DNA from: an uncultured delta proteobacterium
Lineage (GTDB): Bacteria > Desulfobacterota > RBG-13-43-22
Assembly: GCA_963790475.1 (NCBI GenBank)
Contig: CAWBOS010000006.1
Coordinates: forward strand, 224,001-288,000
Direction: 5' to 3'
DNA: 64,000 bases
In this document: piece after piece, positions 8,213-17,468 of the stretch
Numbering within the stretch: the first letter of the stretch is position 1
How the letters are laid out: every line of letters begins with the position of its first letter
Notes under the pieces: model-generated
Database searches by the model: none
Seen by the model: only the letters and a program-made list of their open reading frames with translations
Told to the model about the DNA's origin: nothing
Translations under genes and position numbers: made by a program

Positions 8213-8668
8213 TTGATGGTTTATGTAGATACCAGTCTTCTTGCCGCCTATTATTCCCCTGAACCTTTGAGCGGGAAAGCAGAGGAATTTCTAATTGGTC
8301 AGGAGGGGTTGGCCATCAGCAGTCTGACCGAAATTGAGCTTTTTTCAGCCCTTTCAAGAAAGGTGCGGGAGGAAGGACTTCATCAAATGGATGCTAAAAA
8401 GATTGCTTCTCGGTTTCTGTCCCATGTGGATGGGAATTTTTTCAAATATCTTACAGTAGAAACCAGACATTATCGACTGGCACGTGATTGGTTGGGGTTG
8501 TTCAACACCAGTCTGCGAAGCCTGGATGCCTTGCATTTAGCCGTAGCCTCATCACAAGGATTAGCTGTCGCTACCTCCGATCTTAAATTTTCCCAATCAG
8601 CTCGCGCAATGGGTCTGGAAGTTCTGTTGATTTCGTTTGAGGAGCCGAATGCCGAGAAAAGCATTTAA
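8213..8668 (+). CDS. VapC/PIN toxin
   Basis: YVDTSLL, LTEIEL, LRSLDALHLAVA, ATSD. Confidence 0.94.
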   Translation: MMVYVDTSLLAAYYSPEPLSGKAEEFLIGQEGLAISSLTEIELFSALSRKVREEGLHQMDAKKIASRFLSHVDGNFFKYLTVETRHYRLARDWLGLFNTSLRSLDALHLAVASSQGLAVATSDLKFSQSARAMGLEVLLISFEEPNAEKSI

Positions 8669-8710
8669 AAGTATCTGTGACCAGGGCTTCAGTCTAATAC
8701 TCTTCTATAT

Positions 8711-9052
8711 CTATATGGATAGATGAACCTTCATGGCCTTGTCAATCGCTTCTATATCTTCGAGTTCCAGTTTCCCTATGAATTTTATCAACCTCCTTCG
8801 ATCAAGGGTCCGAATCTGATCGGCCTTAACCTTGGAGTCTTTGGGCAGGTTGCCTTTTCCCTGAGGGATGAAAACCTCAAAAGGGTAAATCTTCTCCAAG
8901 TTTTTAGAGGTAACCGTAAGAACGGTCACTGTGCTTGAATACAGGTTATTGACGTCATTGGAAACCACCACCACCGGCCTGGTTTTTGCTATTTCGTTCC
9001 CGATTGCCGGATCTAGACCGGCCAGAAAGACATCGCCTCGCTTAATATTCAT
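8711..9052 (-). CDS. MazF/PemK-family toxin
   Basis: KRGDVFLAGLDPAIGNEIAKTRPVVVVSND, DQIRTLD. Confidence 0.95.
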   Translation of the reverse strand: MNIKRGDVFLAGLDPAIGNEIAKTRPVVVVSNDVNNLYSSTVTVLTVTSKNLEKIYPFEVFIPQGKGNLPKDSKVKADQIRTLDRRRLIKFIGKLELEDIEAIDKAMKVHLSI

Positions 9053-9296
9053 CCCAGCCCTCCAAGTCGATAATGAAAAAATCTTGCGAAATTTCCCGAC
9101 CTTCTCCGTTGCGGACTTGGTAGCCTTCCTTCAGTATTTGTTCTTGTCGTTCCCTCCGCATTTTTTTCAATTTTTCTCTCAAGGTCATTGCAATAAATTG
9201 ACTTTTTTTGCGTGGTTCAACAAATTGATTTAATTCCTCCACTAGTTCATCCGGCAAAGTAATATTCAGCCTGGTGGTCTCCATAATGCACCTCAT
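9042..9296 (-). CDS. RHH antitoxin (start probably at METTRLN)
   Basis: RLNITLPDEL...KSQFI...LKEGY; upstream palindrome atgtatt-aat-aatacat. Confidence 0.88.
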   Translation of the reverse strand: MRCIMETTRLNITLPDELVEELNQFVEPRKKSQFIAMTLREKLKKMRRERQEQILKEGYQVRNGEGREISQDFFIIDLEGWDEY

Positions 9297-9421
9297 TTGA
9301 TGTATTAATAATACATATTAATTTACACATTCAATTAAATTTTATCAAGATAAATTTGGAACACCTTAATAGGAAAAAAAAACGAAGATTGGTGACTGAG
9401 CAACCTATGAAAAGAGTTTTA

Positions 9422-9490
9422 TAGTCAAAATGAAAAATGCAAAAGATAAAGTGCAAAATGAAAAAAGGGTAAAGGGGAGGGTGGTGGGTT
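9422..9490 (+). repeat. Heptamer tandem tract
   Basis: agtcaaa/atgaaaa/atgcaaa/agataaa/gtgcaaa/atgaaaa; same family as 7265 and 16341. Confidence 0.7.
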
Positions 9491-9518
9491 CATAGTCAGA
9501 GAGCTGGGTTCAGAGACC

Positions 9519-9944
9519 TCAACATATCTTTTCCCCTTGTGCGGCTACTTTTAACCTTGCATCATAGGTCAAAAGCAGCAATTCAGGAAAATGGTCTTGA
9601 AGACCCTTGGCAGCAGATAGATGCCAGAGGTCGGCTCCTCCGAGGGGCCATTTATTGGACAGATTCCTGATGATATTCCATTGGGGGATGATAAATAACC
9701 GTCTCCAAGGACCATTTTCCAAAACTTCAACTGCTGCATCCACAAGAAGCGCGGCCATGTCTCTTTCGCGCCGAATTCTCGATAAAACCGCAAGCACTTC
9801 TGCATAGGATAAATGGGAAAGGAAATGGTGTCCTGATTGACCGGCCCATTTCTGGGCGTTCTGGCTGTGTTCATCTAATAGGAGGGCTGAAAGTACGGCC
9901 GAGGCATCCCAGTAGATGACTACCGGTTTTTCTTCCCTTGTCAT
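9519..9944 (-). CDS. VapC/PIN toxin
   Basis: YWDASAVL, YAEV, GADLWHL, LTYDARL. Confidence 0.92.
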   Translation of the reverse strand: MTREEKPVVIYWDASAVLSALLLDEHSQNAQKWAGQSGHHFLSHLSYAEVLAVLSRIRRERDMAALLVDAAVEVLENGPWRRLFIIPQWNIIRNLSNKWPLGGADLWHLSAAKGLQDHFPELLLLTYDARLKVAAQGEKIC

Positions 9945-10228
9945 CGGTCTCTTCCCTCTTGAAGATATCTTTGGGCTAAACCTTCCGGTGCGGGAAGGGG
10001 CGGGGGGAGACGTCTTCCGTAATTTTTTGACAAGGGTTCGGTCAACCCTTGTTCTTCCAGGATTCGGATACGATCCTCAAGGGAAAGTTTTTTCTGAGAA
10101 AAAGGGATTATTCTCCCTATCGGCTTGCCCCGTTCGGTAATAATGACCTCCTGACCTTCTTTAACTTTTTTCATTACTTTGCTCAAATTAATTTTGGCAT
10201 CCCGTATTCCAAAGGTTTTCGATAGCAT
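9941..10228 (-). CDS. Phd/YefM-family antitoxin
   Basis: GIRDAKINLS...GQEVIITERGKPIGRIIP. Confidence 0.92.
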   Translation of the reverse strand: MLSKTFGIRDAKINLSKVMKKVKEGQEVIITERGKPIGRIIPFSQKKLSLEDRIRILEEQGLTEPLSKNYGRRLPPPLPAPEGLAQRYLQEGRDR

Positions 10229-10315
10229 AGTTCGTTCCTTTTTTGGTGACTTTGTAGTTACAATTTTAATGCAGTCTATGTAGTCATCTAGGTCAAGTTA
10301 TTTAATAAGATAACA

Positions 10316-10571
10316 GTGAAAGGGAAAAGGGGAAAGGGGAGAGGGGTTGGTTACGGGTTACAAGTTGCGGATTCATTGAAAAGTCTTGGGTTGAGGACTG
10401 AGGAGAAAGGATTTTTTACGCCAAATCCAACAAATTACAGTCAGTCAATAAAGGAAACAGACCAAACGACCAGACAGATAAAACAGACCAAACGACCAGA
10501 CAGATAAAACAGACCAGAAAGACCAAAAAAACGAACAGACCAAAAAAAAACCAGATAGACTCAATTAACTC
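10316..10571. repeat. Heptamer tracts followed by AC-rich ~9-nt tract containing a perfect 26-bp tandem duplication
   Basis: aaaggga/aaagggg; ggttacg/ggttaca/agttgcg; aaacagaccaaacgaccagacagata at 10455-10480 and 10481-10506. Confidence 0.85.
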
Positions 10572-10801
10572 TAAAAACAAAGCACCTTAATGCTAACAGC
10601 CGGCAGATCTTCCAAGAGGGGAAACCCTGGAAATTCCTTTACCTCTGTTCCATTTTGGTCTAATCTGGTCTTTAGGTAATGCTCGGAGACTGAAACGATG
10701 CCCGGGCCCGCTGATCCGGACTCCCGGTTATTTCTTTAGCCAAAAAAACTTCATTCGGAGGGTTAAGGTTAAAAGGCCACAGACCAAAGAGGAAGATAAG
10801 G

Positions 10802-11686
10802 ATGATGATGGACAAACAAACCAAACTGAGAACCGCATTATTTTTTCTGATAACAGTCATTATCGGCCTGTTGATTTTATTTCCTCTAAAGGCACTTTTG
10901 TATTCGGAATCCAAAGGGATGTATTATGAATATTATTCCCATATTCTTTTGATACCCCTGGTGAGCGCCTACTTGCTTTATAACCGTCGCCAAGAAATAT
11001 GGGAATTCAAGAAAACCGCCATCCCGGTGTCGGGAGTTTTGGTTGGCGTTATTGGTATTATAGGCTACGGGACAGCCTTGGTACAAGATCAAAACATGGG
11101 ATTCATTAATGCCGTCGCCGGGCAAATCACTGGCTTACTTATTGCCTGGTTGGGAGCCTTCCTGCTTTTCTGGGGGACGGCCGCTTTTCGGCAGGCCCTT
11201 TTCCCTTTGCTGTTCCTTTTCTTTATGGTGCCGGTCCCCATGGATCTGATGGACGCCTTTATTTATGCCCTCCAGTGGGGGTCTTCCGAGGCTACAGGGC
11301 TGATCTTCAGTGTCCTCGGCACCCCTTATTACCGGGAAGGCTTCATCTTTCAACTGCAGACGGTCACCATCGAAGTAGCCAGGCAGTGCAGCGGCATCCG
11401 CTCCACCATGGCCATGGTCATCACCGGTGTCCTGGCCGCCCACCTTTTTTTGCGCGACAACGGGAAGAAGCTGATCCTGATGTTGACCATATTACCAATA
11501 ACTGTTTTTAAAAACGGCCTAAGGATCGTCATCCTGACGCTTTTGGCCATTCATGTTGACATGCGTTTCCTGACCGACAGCTTTTTGCACCATTCCGGGG
11601 GGTTTTTGTTTTATATACCGGGACTTTTAATTTTTGGGGGAATCCTCTTGCTTTTAAGAAGAGTTGAAAAAAGGACTGAGGACTGA
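10802..11686 (+). CDS. Exosortase (EpsH/Xrt family)
   Basis: Multi-TM; YSHILLIP; catalytic-type motifs QCSGIRS, NGLRI, HHSGG; adjacent to prsK/prsR. Confidence 0.92.
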   Translation: MMMDKQTKLRTALFFLITVIIGLLILFPLKALLYSESKGMYYEYYSHILLIPLVSAYLLYNRRQEIWEFKKTAIPVSGVLVGVIGIIGYGTALVQDQNMGFINAVAGQITGLLIAWLGAFLLFWGTAAFRQALFPLLFLFFMVPVPMDLMDAFIYALQWGSSEATGLIFSVLGTPYYREGFIFQLQTVTIEVARQCSGIRSTMAMVITGVLAAHLFLRDNGKKLILMLTILPITVFKNGLRIVILTLLAIHVDMRFLTDSFLHHSGGFLFYIPGLLIFGGILLLLRRVEKRTED

Positions 11687-11702
11687 GTGCTTAGGATTGA
11701 GG
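11672..11702 (+). repeat. Left heptamer arm of four-helix-bundle cassette 1
   Basis: aggactgaggactgagtgcttaggattgagg; contains the exosortase stop codon. Confidence 0.85.
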
Positions 11703-11769
11703 GGTGAATTAGATAGAAGACCGGGAATGATTTTAAGGGACATTTTCAAGAATTTGAAAGGAAAGAATT

Positions 11770-12162
11770 GTGGAAAAGAAAAAAATTGAAAAATTTGAAG
11801 ATTTGATTGCCTGGCAGAAAGCCCGCGAATTGACAAAAATTATTTACCAAATTACGAACTACGGGAAGTTTTCGACGGATTTTGGGGTAAGGGATCAAAT
11901 CCGAAGATCAGCCGTTTCCAATATTGCTGAAGGATTCGAGCGGGGAGGTCGGGCGGAATTCCACCAATATTTAGTTATTGCAAAAGGCTCTTGCGCGGAA
12001 TTAAGATCCCAATTATATGTTGCCTTGGATGCCGGGTATCTTGACATAGTCACCTATCAAAAAGTAAATGCCTTGGCTGAAGAAACAAGCCGTTTGATAG
12101 GTGGACTTAGATCAGCAGTCTATCGCCAGAAAACTGTTGATCGTGTAAAGAGAACAAATTAA
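11770..12162 (+). CDS. Four-helix-bundle protein (23S rRNA IVP/TIGR02436-like)
   Basis: [46 protein letters not shown]. Confidence 0.93.
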   Translation: MEKKKIEKFEDLIAWQKARELTKIIYQITNYGKFSTDFGVRDQIRRSAVSNIAEGFERGGRAEFHQYLVIAKGSCAELRSQLYVALDAGYLDIVTYQKVNALAEETSRLIGGLRSAVYRQKTVDRVKRTN

Positions 12163-12259
12163 GATAAGAGGGAAAACATAACAAAAAGAGTTTATTTTGG
12201 TATTCGGAATTGAAGAAAACGAACCTTATTCCCGGAGCATAAGGTCTGATGAATAAGTT

Positions 12260-12282
12260 CTCAGTCCATCGTCCTCAGTCCT
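12260..12282 (+). repeat. Right heptamer arm of cassette 1 (inverted)
   Basis: ctcagtccatcgtcctcagtcct; last 12 nt are the exact reverse complement of 11672-11683. Confidence 0.85.
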
Positions 12283-12288
12283 AAAAAA

Positions 12289-14415
12289 ATGCTTTCCTAT
12301 ACTTTACTTATATCTTTAGTCGCTGCTTCCCTGGCGGGTCTGATTGCCGCCCTGGCCCTGTATCGCGATCCCCACAACTTGGTACACAAGATATTGGCCG
12401 CTGGGATGGTGGTTCTGGCTGTTGACGCAATCTTGACCTTCCTGAGCAGGGGGGCTTCCGAGCCTATGGGCATGATCGCCTGGCGGCAATGGCTTTACCT
12501 GGTTTCTGCTTTTCTTCCGGCCTTGTGGCTGGCCTTCGGTCTCAGCTATGCCCGTGCCGATCACCGGGAAAATCTGTTGCGCTGGAAATGGACCCTGGGC
12601 CTCGTCTTGGTCATCCCTCTGGTGCTGGCTGGCATTTATCGGGATGCTCTTTTTGCCGGGCCGCCGGTTTGGATTCCCGACACCGGGTGGGTCATTCCCT
12701 TGGGATGGGCAGGTTACGCCTTTAATCTGTTCCTACTCATTACCTTTATTATGATTCTTCTCGATTTGGAAAAGACCCTACGGGGTTCGCGCGGGGTCAT
12801 GCGCTGGCAGATCAAGTTTACTGTCCTGGGTCTGATCGCCCTTTTCGGAGCACGGATATTCACTTCCAGCCAGAATATTCTTTATCGCTCCGATAACCTG
12901 GACTTGGCGCTGGTCAACAACGGGGCACTTATTATCGCCGGGGTGTTGATTCTTCGGTCGTTGTTTCGGACCAAATTCTTCAGTGCTGAGCTCTATGTTT
13001 CCCAAAAGATTCTCTACAACTCGCTGACCCTGCTGATTATCGGCATTTACTTCATCGCCGTCAGTCTTTTGGCCAAGCTTTCGACCTACTGGTTCCTCGG
13101 CCGGACCTTACCCCTCCAGGCCTTTTTCCTACTGGTGGCCCTGGTAGGTTTAACGATCCTCATTTTTTCCGACCGGCTTCGCCGCAAAACCAAGCTTTTT
13201 ATCAGCCGTAATTTCCAACGCCCCCTTTACGACTATCGTAAGGAATGGATCCGTTTCACCCAGGAGACCACGGCGGTTCGAAATGTCCAGGATCTTTGTC
13301 AGGCTGTAACCCGAATGGTTTCTGATATCCTCCATTTCCTTTCCGTAACCATCTGGTTGGTGGACGAAGCAGGTGGAAGGCTGGTTCTGGGCGGTTCCAC
13401 AGCGATTACCCAACAGGAGGCCGATTCTCTGAGACCCTTCGAAAAGGCACAGAAAGAATTAATCGAGGCTATGGCTATGGAAGTGGATCCGGTGGATTTT
13501 GACAGCGCTTCGACTTCCTGGTCCATCAGCATCCCGGAATTAGACCTGGAATTTTTGAAGGCGGCTCGAATCCGCTATGTGGTGACTCTTCGAGCCGGAG
13601 AAACCTTGATCGGGTTGTTGACCTTGGATCAAAGAGTAGCCGAAGATCTATTGACCCTGGAGGACTTCGACCTCATTAAGACCATCGCCGATCAGACTTC
13701 CGCCGGATTGAACCAGTTAAGATTGGCCGAAAAGGTCCAGAAGACCCGGGAGATGGAGGCCTTTCAAACCATGTCCACCTTTTTCATCCATGACCTGAAA
13801 AATGTGGCCTCCCGTCTTTCACTGACCATGCAGAATCTGCCGGTACATTTTAACAATCCCGAGTTCCGGCAAGATGCCCTGCAAAGCATCGGCCAGAGTC
13901 TGGAAAAGATCAACGGATTATGCAGCCGCCTATCCTCCTTGCGGGAAAAACTGGAGGTGCATCTGAAAGAAGCTGATCTGAACGAAATGGTAAAAAAGAA
14001 TCTATCTGAATTTGAAGGAGCGTTGCAAGCCCGCCTGATCCAGGACTTTACCCCACTTCCCAGAATTCCATTGGACCTGGAGCAGATTTCCAAGGTCCTG
14101 ACCAACCTGGTCTTAAATGCCAATGAAGCCCTAACTCCCGGGAATGCCGGCGGCGAAATCCGGGTGGCCACTCGCCTTTTGAATAATTGGGTCGAGTTTT
14201 CGGTTAGTGACAATGGTCTGGGCATGTCCCGGGAAATGATAGAGCGCTCCCTTTTCCTGCCTTTCCGGACCACCAAGAAGCAAGGCATGGGCATCGGCCT
14301 TTTTCAGAGTAAGATGATTGTCGAAGCCCACCACGGACGCATCGAGGTGGAAAGCGAGGAGGGAAAGGGGACGACGTTCAGGGTGTTGCTGCCGACCTAT
14401 AATAAAAGGGGGTAG
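12289..14415 (+). CDS. prsK: PEP-CTERM system histidine kinase
   Basis: N-terminal multi-TM region, YDYRKEW, GAF-like domain, FFIHDLKN H-box, GMGIGL ATPase; context. Confidence 0.9.
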   Translation: MLSYTLLISLVAASLAGLIAALALYRDPHNLVHKILAAGMVVLAVDAILTFLSRGASEPMGMIAWRQWLYLVSAFLPALWLAFGLSYARADHRENLLRWKWTLGLVLVIPLVLAGIYRDALFAGPPVWIPDTGWVIPLGWAGYAFNLFLLITFIMILLDLEKTLRGSRGVMRWQIKFTVLGLIALFGARIFTSSQNILYRSDNLDLALVNNGALIIAGVLILRSLFRTKFFSAELYVSQKILYNSLTLLIIGIYFIAVSLLAKLSTYWFLGRTLPLQAFFLLVALVGLTILIFSDRLRRKTKLFISRNFQRPLYDYRKEWIRFTQETTAVRNVQDLCQAVTRMVSDILHFLSVTIWLVDEAGGRLVLGGSTAITQQEADSLRPFEKAQKELIEAMAMEVDPVDFDSASTSWSISIPELDLEFLKAARIRYVVTLRAGETLIGLLTLDQRVAEDLLTLEDFDLIKTIADQTSAGLNQLRLAEKVQKTREMEAFQTMSTFFIHDLKNVASRLSLTMQNLPVHFNNPEFRQDALQSIGQSLEKINGLCSRLSSLREKLEVHLKEADLNEMVKKNLSEFEGALQARLIQDFTPLPRIPLDLEQISKVLTNLVLNANEALTPGNAGGEIRVATRLLNNWVEFSVSDNGLGMSREMIERSLFLPFRTTKKQGMGIGLFQSKMIVEAHHGRIEVESEEGKGTTFRVLLPTYNKRG

Positions 14416-14472
14416 GGTATAGGGTGTAAGGGGTAGGGTGGATACTTAATATGGGTTTTAGGGGGTAGGGTG
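14407..14472 (+). repeat. G-rich heptamer left arm of cassette 2
   Basis: ggggg/tagggta/tagggtg/taagggg/tagggtg; includes the prsK stop codon. Confidence 0.8.
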
Positions 14473-14510
14473 TTAGCTAGAGATAGGAAGCGAAAAAATG
14501 AGGGCAAAAA

Positions 14511-14868
14511 ATGGAGAGTTATAAGGAGTTGATCGCTTAATCAAAAAGGTTATCAATTATCCCTTCAGGTTTATGAGATTACAAAAAGATTTCCGAAAGA
14601 AGAGATTTATGGAATAATTTCTCAAATGAGGAGGAGCGCCGTTTCGATACCCTGTAACATCGTGGAAGGATATCGACGAGGACACAGAAAGGAACATATA
14701 CAATTCCTTTATATGTCTTATGGGTCTTGCAGTGAATTGGAGACCCTCCTTTCTTTATCTAAAAATCTTGGCTTTTTAGAACAGCACTTTTTTGATAAGA
14801 TTTATTCCTTACAAGAAGAAACTTCGAACTTATTGAAAAGTTTAATTGTATCCTTATCCCGGAAGTGA
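14511..14868 (+). pseudogene. Four-helix-bundle protein, frameshifted
   Basis: MESYKELIA then TAA; removing one base near 14539 restores AYQKGYQLSLQVYEITKRFPKEEIYGIISQMRRSAVSIPCNIVEGY. Confidence 0.88.
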
Positions 14869-14903
14869 TTTAGTTAGAACCCCCGGATTGAAAGGAAAAG
14901 AAT

Positions 14904-16298
14904 ATGCCGGAAGAATCACCCCCTCCCACCATCCCCCTCCCCCCTATTCAGAAGCCGCGTCTTCTTATCGTTGAAGATGATGAATCCATTCGCACCCAAA
15001 TGAAGTGGGCCCTGATGCAGGACTACGATGTCTTTCTATCCGAAGACCGGGCCAGGGCTTTAGATCTTTTGCGTTTGGAAAAGCCCGCCGTAGTAACTTT
15101 GGACCTCGGACTGCCACCAACCCCGGCGGATGTGACCGAAGGCTTTGCTGCTTTGGCTGATATCCTGGCTGAGGACAATCTGGTCAAGGTGATTATTATT
15201 ACCGGACAAGGGGAAAAGGACAACGCGCTGAAAGCCGTGGCCGAGGGGGCCTACGATTTCTTTATCAAACCCATACAGCTTGACGAACTTAAGGTGGTTA
15301 TTAGACGGGCCTTTTACGTTTCCCGTCTGGAACGCGAGAACCGGGTCTTACAGCAACAGGGGGCCGGACAGCCCTTTGCCGAAATGCTGGGCCGCAGCCC
15401 GCAGATGGAGGAGGTCATTACCACCATCCGCAAGGTGGCCACTACGGATGTTTCGGTGCTGATCAATGGTGAGAGCGGAACCGGTAAGGAATTAGTGGCC
15501 CGGGCCATTCATCAACATAGCAACAGGAGCAGCGGGCCGTTTGTAGTGATTAACTGTGGGGCAATCCCGGAGAACCTTCTGGAAAGTGAATTGTTCGGCC
15601 ACGAGAAGGGCTCCTTCACCGGTGCCCATATACAGCGCAAGGGTTTAATCGAGATGGCCCAGGGAGGAACCTTATTTCTAGATGAGATCGGGGAATTACC
15701 GCTGGGCCTGCAGGTCAAGCTCCTGCGTTTCCTTCAAGAACAGACCATTGAACGCGTCGGTGGAAGGGTCCAGATTGCCATAAATGCTCGGGTGTTGGCT
15801 GCCACCAACCTGGACCTCCAAAAGGCTGTGGCCGAGGGTCGCTTCCGTGAGGACCTTTATTTTCGGCTGGGAGTGATTTCCATTGCCCTACCGCCCTTAC
15901 GGGATCGGGAAGGTGACCTGATACTGCTGGCTAATGCTTTTCTGCATCGATATGTCCAGGAAACCAGAAAGAAAATAACCGGTTTCACTCAACAGGCCGT
16001 CAGGGCGATGGGCCAATATGCGTGGCCGGGGAACATCCGGGAGCTGGAAAACCGAATCAAGCGGGCGGTGGTCATGGCTGATGGAGCCAAGATTAATCCA
16101 CTGGACCTGGAACTGGAAACAGCCAAGGGTAAATATTACGGTCTTACTCTGAAAGATGCCCGGGAGGCTGTGGAAAAAGAACTGATTTTGAAGGCTCTGC
16201 AAAGGAATAAGGGGAAGGTGACCCAAACAGCCGATGAGCTGGGCATCAGCCGCCCTACCTTATATGAGCTTATGGAGAAGCTGGGGATTTCGAAATAA
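14904..16298 (+). CDS. prsR: PEP-CTERM system sigma54-dependent response regulator
   Basis: REC with [32 protein letters not shown], Fis [11 protein letters not shown]. Confidence 0.92.
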   Translation: MPEESPPPTIPLPPIQKPRLLIVEDDESIRTQMKWALMQDYDVFLSEDRARALDLLRLEKPAVVTLDLGLPPTPADVTEGFAALADILAEDNLVKVIIITGQGEKDNALKAVAEGAYDFFIKPIQLDELKVVIRRAFYVSRLERENRVLQQQGAGQPFAEMLGRSPQMEEVITTIRKVATTDVSVLINGESGTGKELVARAIHQHSNRSSGPFVVINCGAIPENLLESELFGHEKGSFTGAHIQRKGLIEMAQGGTLFLDEIGELPLGLQVKLLRFLQEQTIERVGGRVQIAINARVLAATNLDLQKAVAEGRFREDLYFRLGVISIALPPLRDREGDLILLANAFLHRYVQETRKKITGFTQQAVRAMGQYAWPGNIRELENRIKRAVVMADGAKINPLDLELETAKGKYYGLTLKDAREAVEKELILKALQRNKGKVTQTADELGISRPTLYELMEKLGISK

Positions 16299-16314
16299 GC
16301 ATGGATATAGTAAA

Positions 16315-16470
16315 AAGGACTGGGGACTGAGTTATACTTAAGTCAAATTTCAAATTGCAAAGGGTAAAGGGCAAAATTAAAAATTTAAATGTTTTTGATG
16401 GATTCGGTGAAAAATCGGATGGAGGGGATGAAAAGATGGAATAATGGAAGGATGAAAAAATGATAGGAAT
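16315..16470 (+). repeat. Mosaic of 7- and 8-nt tandem tracts
   Basis: aggactggggactgag; agtcaaa/tttcaaa/ttgcaaa/gggtaaa/gggcaaa; gatggaataatggaaggatgaa. Confidence 0.7.
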
Positions 16471-16477
16471 CAATTTT

Positions 16478-16584
16478 TGTCGGGATTTCTTACAAAAACG
16501 AAAATTGATGTAAAATATAATAAAAATAAATAGTTATATAAAATAAGGCTTAAATGAAACTTCAATGTGTCGGAATATCTTACA
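16478..16584 (+). promoter_or_regulatory. Pair of enhancer (likely PrsR) boxes
   Basis: TGTCGGGATTTCTTACA (16478-16494) and TGTCGGAATATCTTACA (16568-16584), both TGT-N11-ACA, 90 bp apart. Confidence 0.8.
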
Positions 16585-16701
16585 AATAATATTTATGAAA
16601 ATTCATCTTTGGAATAAGACTTACTGAGAAGAAATATTTTTCATTAAGTAAATCAGCTAATTAGGACATATAAAAACATGATATTTAACTTTTTTCTATT
16701 A

Positions 16702-16717
16702 TGGCATAATTATTGCT
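16702..16717 (+). promoter_or_regulatory. sigma54 promoter of PEP-CTERM gene
   Basis: TGGCATAATTATTGCT, GG-N10-GC. Confidence 0.85.
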
Positions 16718-16750
16718 TTTATAATTTTATAACAAAAAAATAACTCTGAG

Positions 16751-17416
16751 GTGATACAAATGAAAAAATTCTTGATTATTATTTTTTTTATGATGTCGGC
16801 ATGTTTGATATTCGTACCGGCGACAATGGCGCTTACAATTAGCGACGGTGACTTGGTTCAGGTTCAATCTTACAACCCAAACGATATGGCCGGAATATTT
16901 ATCTTTAATGTGAAAAATAATGGTGGCAGTCCGCTGGGGACCTATGATACGTTTTGTATTCAGGAGACTGTTTATATTTACCCTGGCACTTGGTACCAAG
17001 TAGAACTATCAGATTATGTTGGTAAAAATCCAAATAATAGCGGCGATAAGCTAAACGGGGCGGTTGACTATCTCTTTTATCGGTACAAGTCCGGGGCCTA
17101 TGATACGCCATTTGCTGGCTCTTATTCTAACCAGGCTGATTTTCAAAAGCTTCTCTGGAGTCTACAAGGGACAGGTGATCCATTTTCGTCAACAGGAACG
17201 CTCTGGGCCAGTGATTTGGGAATTTATACAAGTGACTCCTCTCTACATCATCCCTGGGGGACCGAAGTTATTAACCTTTACACTGAAAATACTAACGGGG
17301 GATACACGGAAATTCAAAACCAACTATACAATCAGGTTCCAGAGCCCATGACTTTGCTGCTTCTTGGTTTTGGTCTTATTGGTGTTGCTGGTCTCAGGAG
17401 GAGGCTGAAAGCTTAA
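16751..17416 (+). CDS. PEP-CTERM sorting-domain protein
   Basis: N-terminal signal peptide; C-terminal VPEPMTLLLLGFGLIGVAGLRRR. Confidence 0.96.
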   Translation: MIQMKKFLIIIFFMMSACLIFVPATMALTISDGDLVQVQSYNPNDMAGIFIFNVKNNGGSPLGTYDTFCIQETVYIYPGTWYQVELSDYVGKNPNNSGDKLNGAVDYLFYRYKSGAYDTPFAGSYSNQADFQKLLWSLQGTGDPFSSTGTLWASDLGIYTSDSSLHHPWGTEVINLYTENTNGGYTEIQNQLYNQVPEPMTLLLLGFGLIGVAGLRRRLKA

Positions 17417-17468
17417 GGTAAAAATAGGCTGCCGGCTTAAATTACAATATAAAGAAAAATGCCAATTG

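Noticed and set aside
126-10228. Classical integron/attC array
   Set aside because: No intI in the window and I could not find consistent RYYYAAC...GTTRRRY boxes at gene ends; not fully excluded without IntegronFinder.
11770-14868. Diversity-generating retroelement (Avd-like genes)
   Set aside because: No reverse transcriptase and no TR/VR pair differing at adenines was seen.
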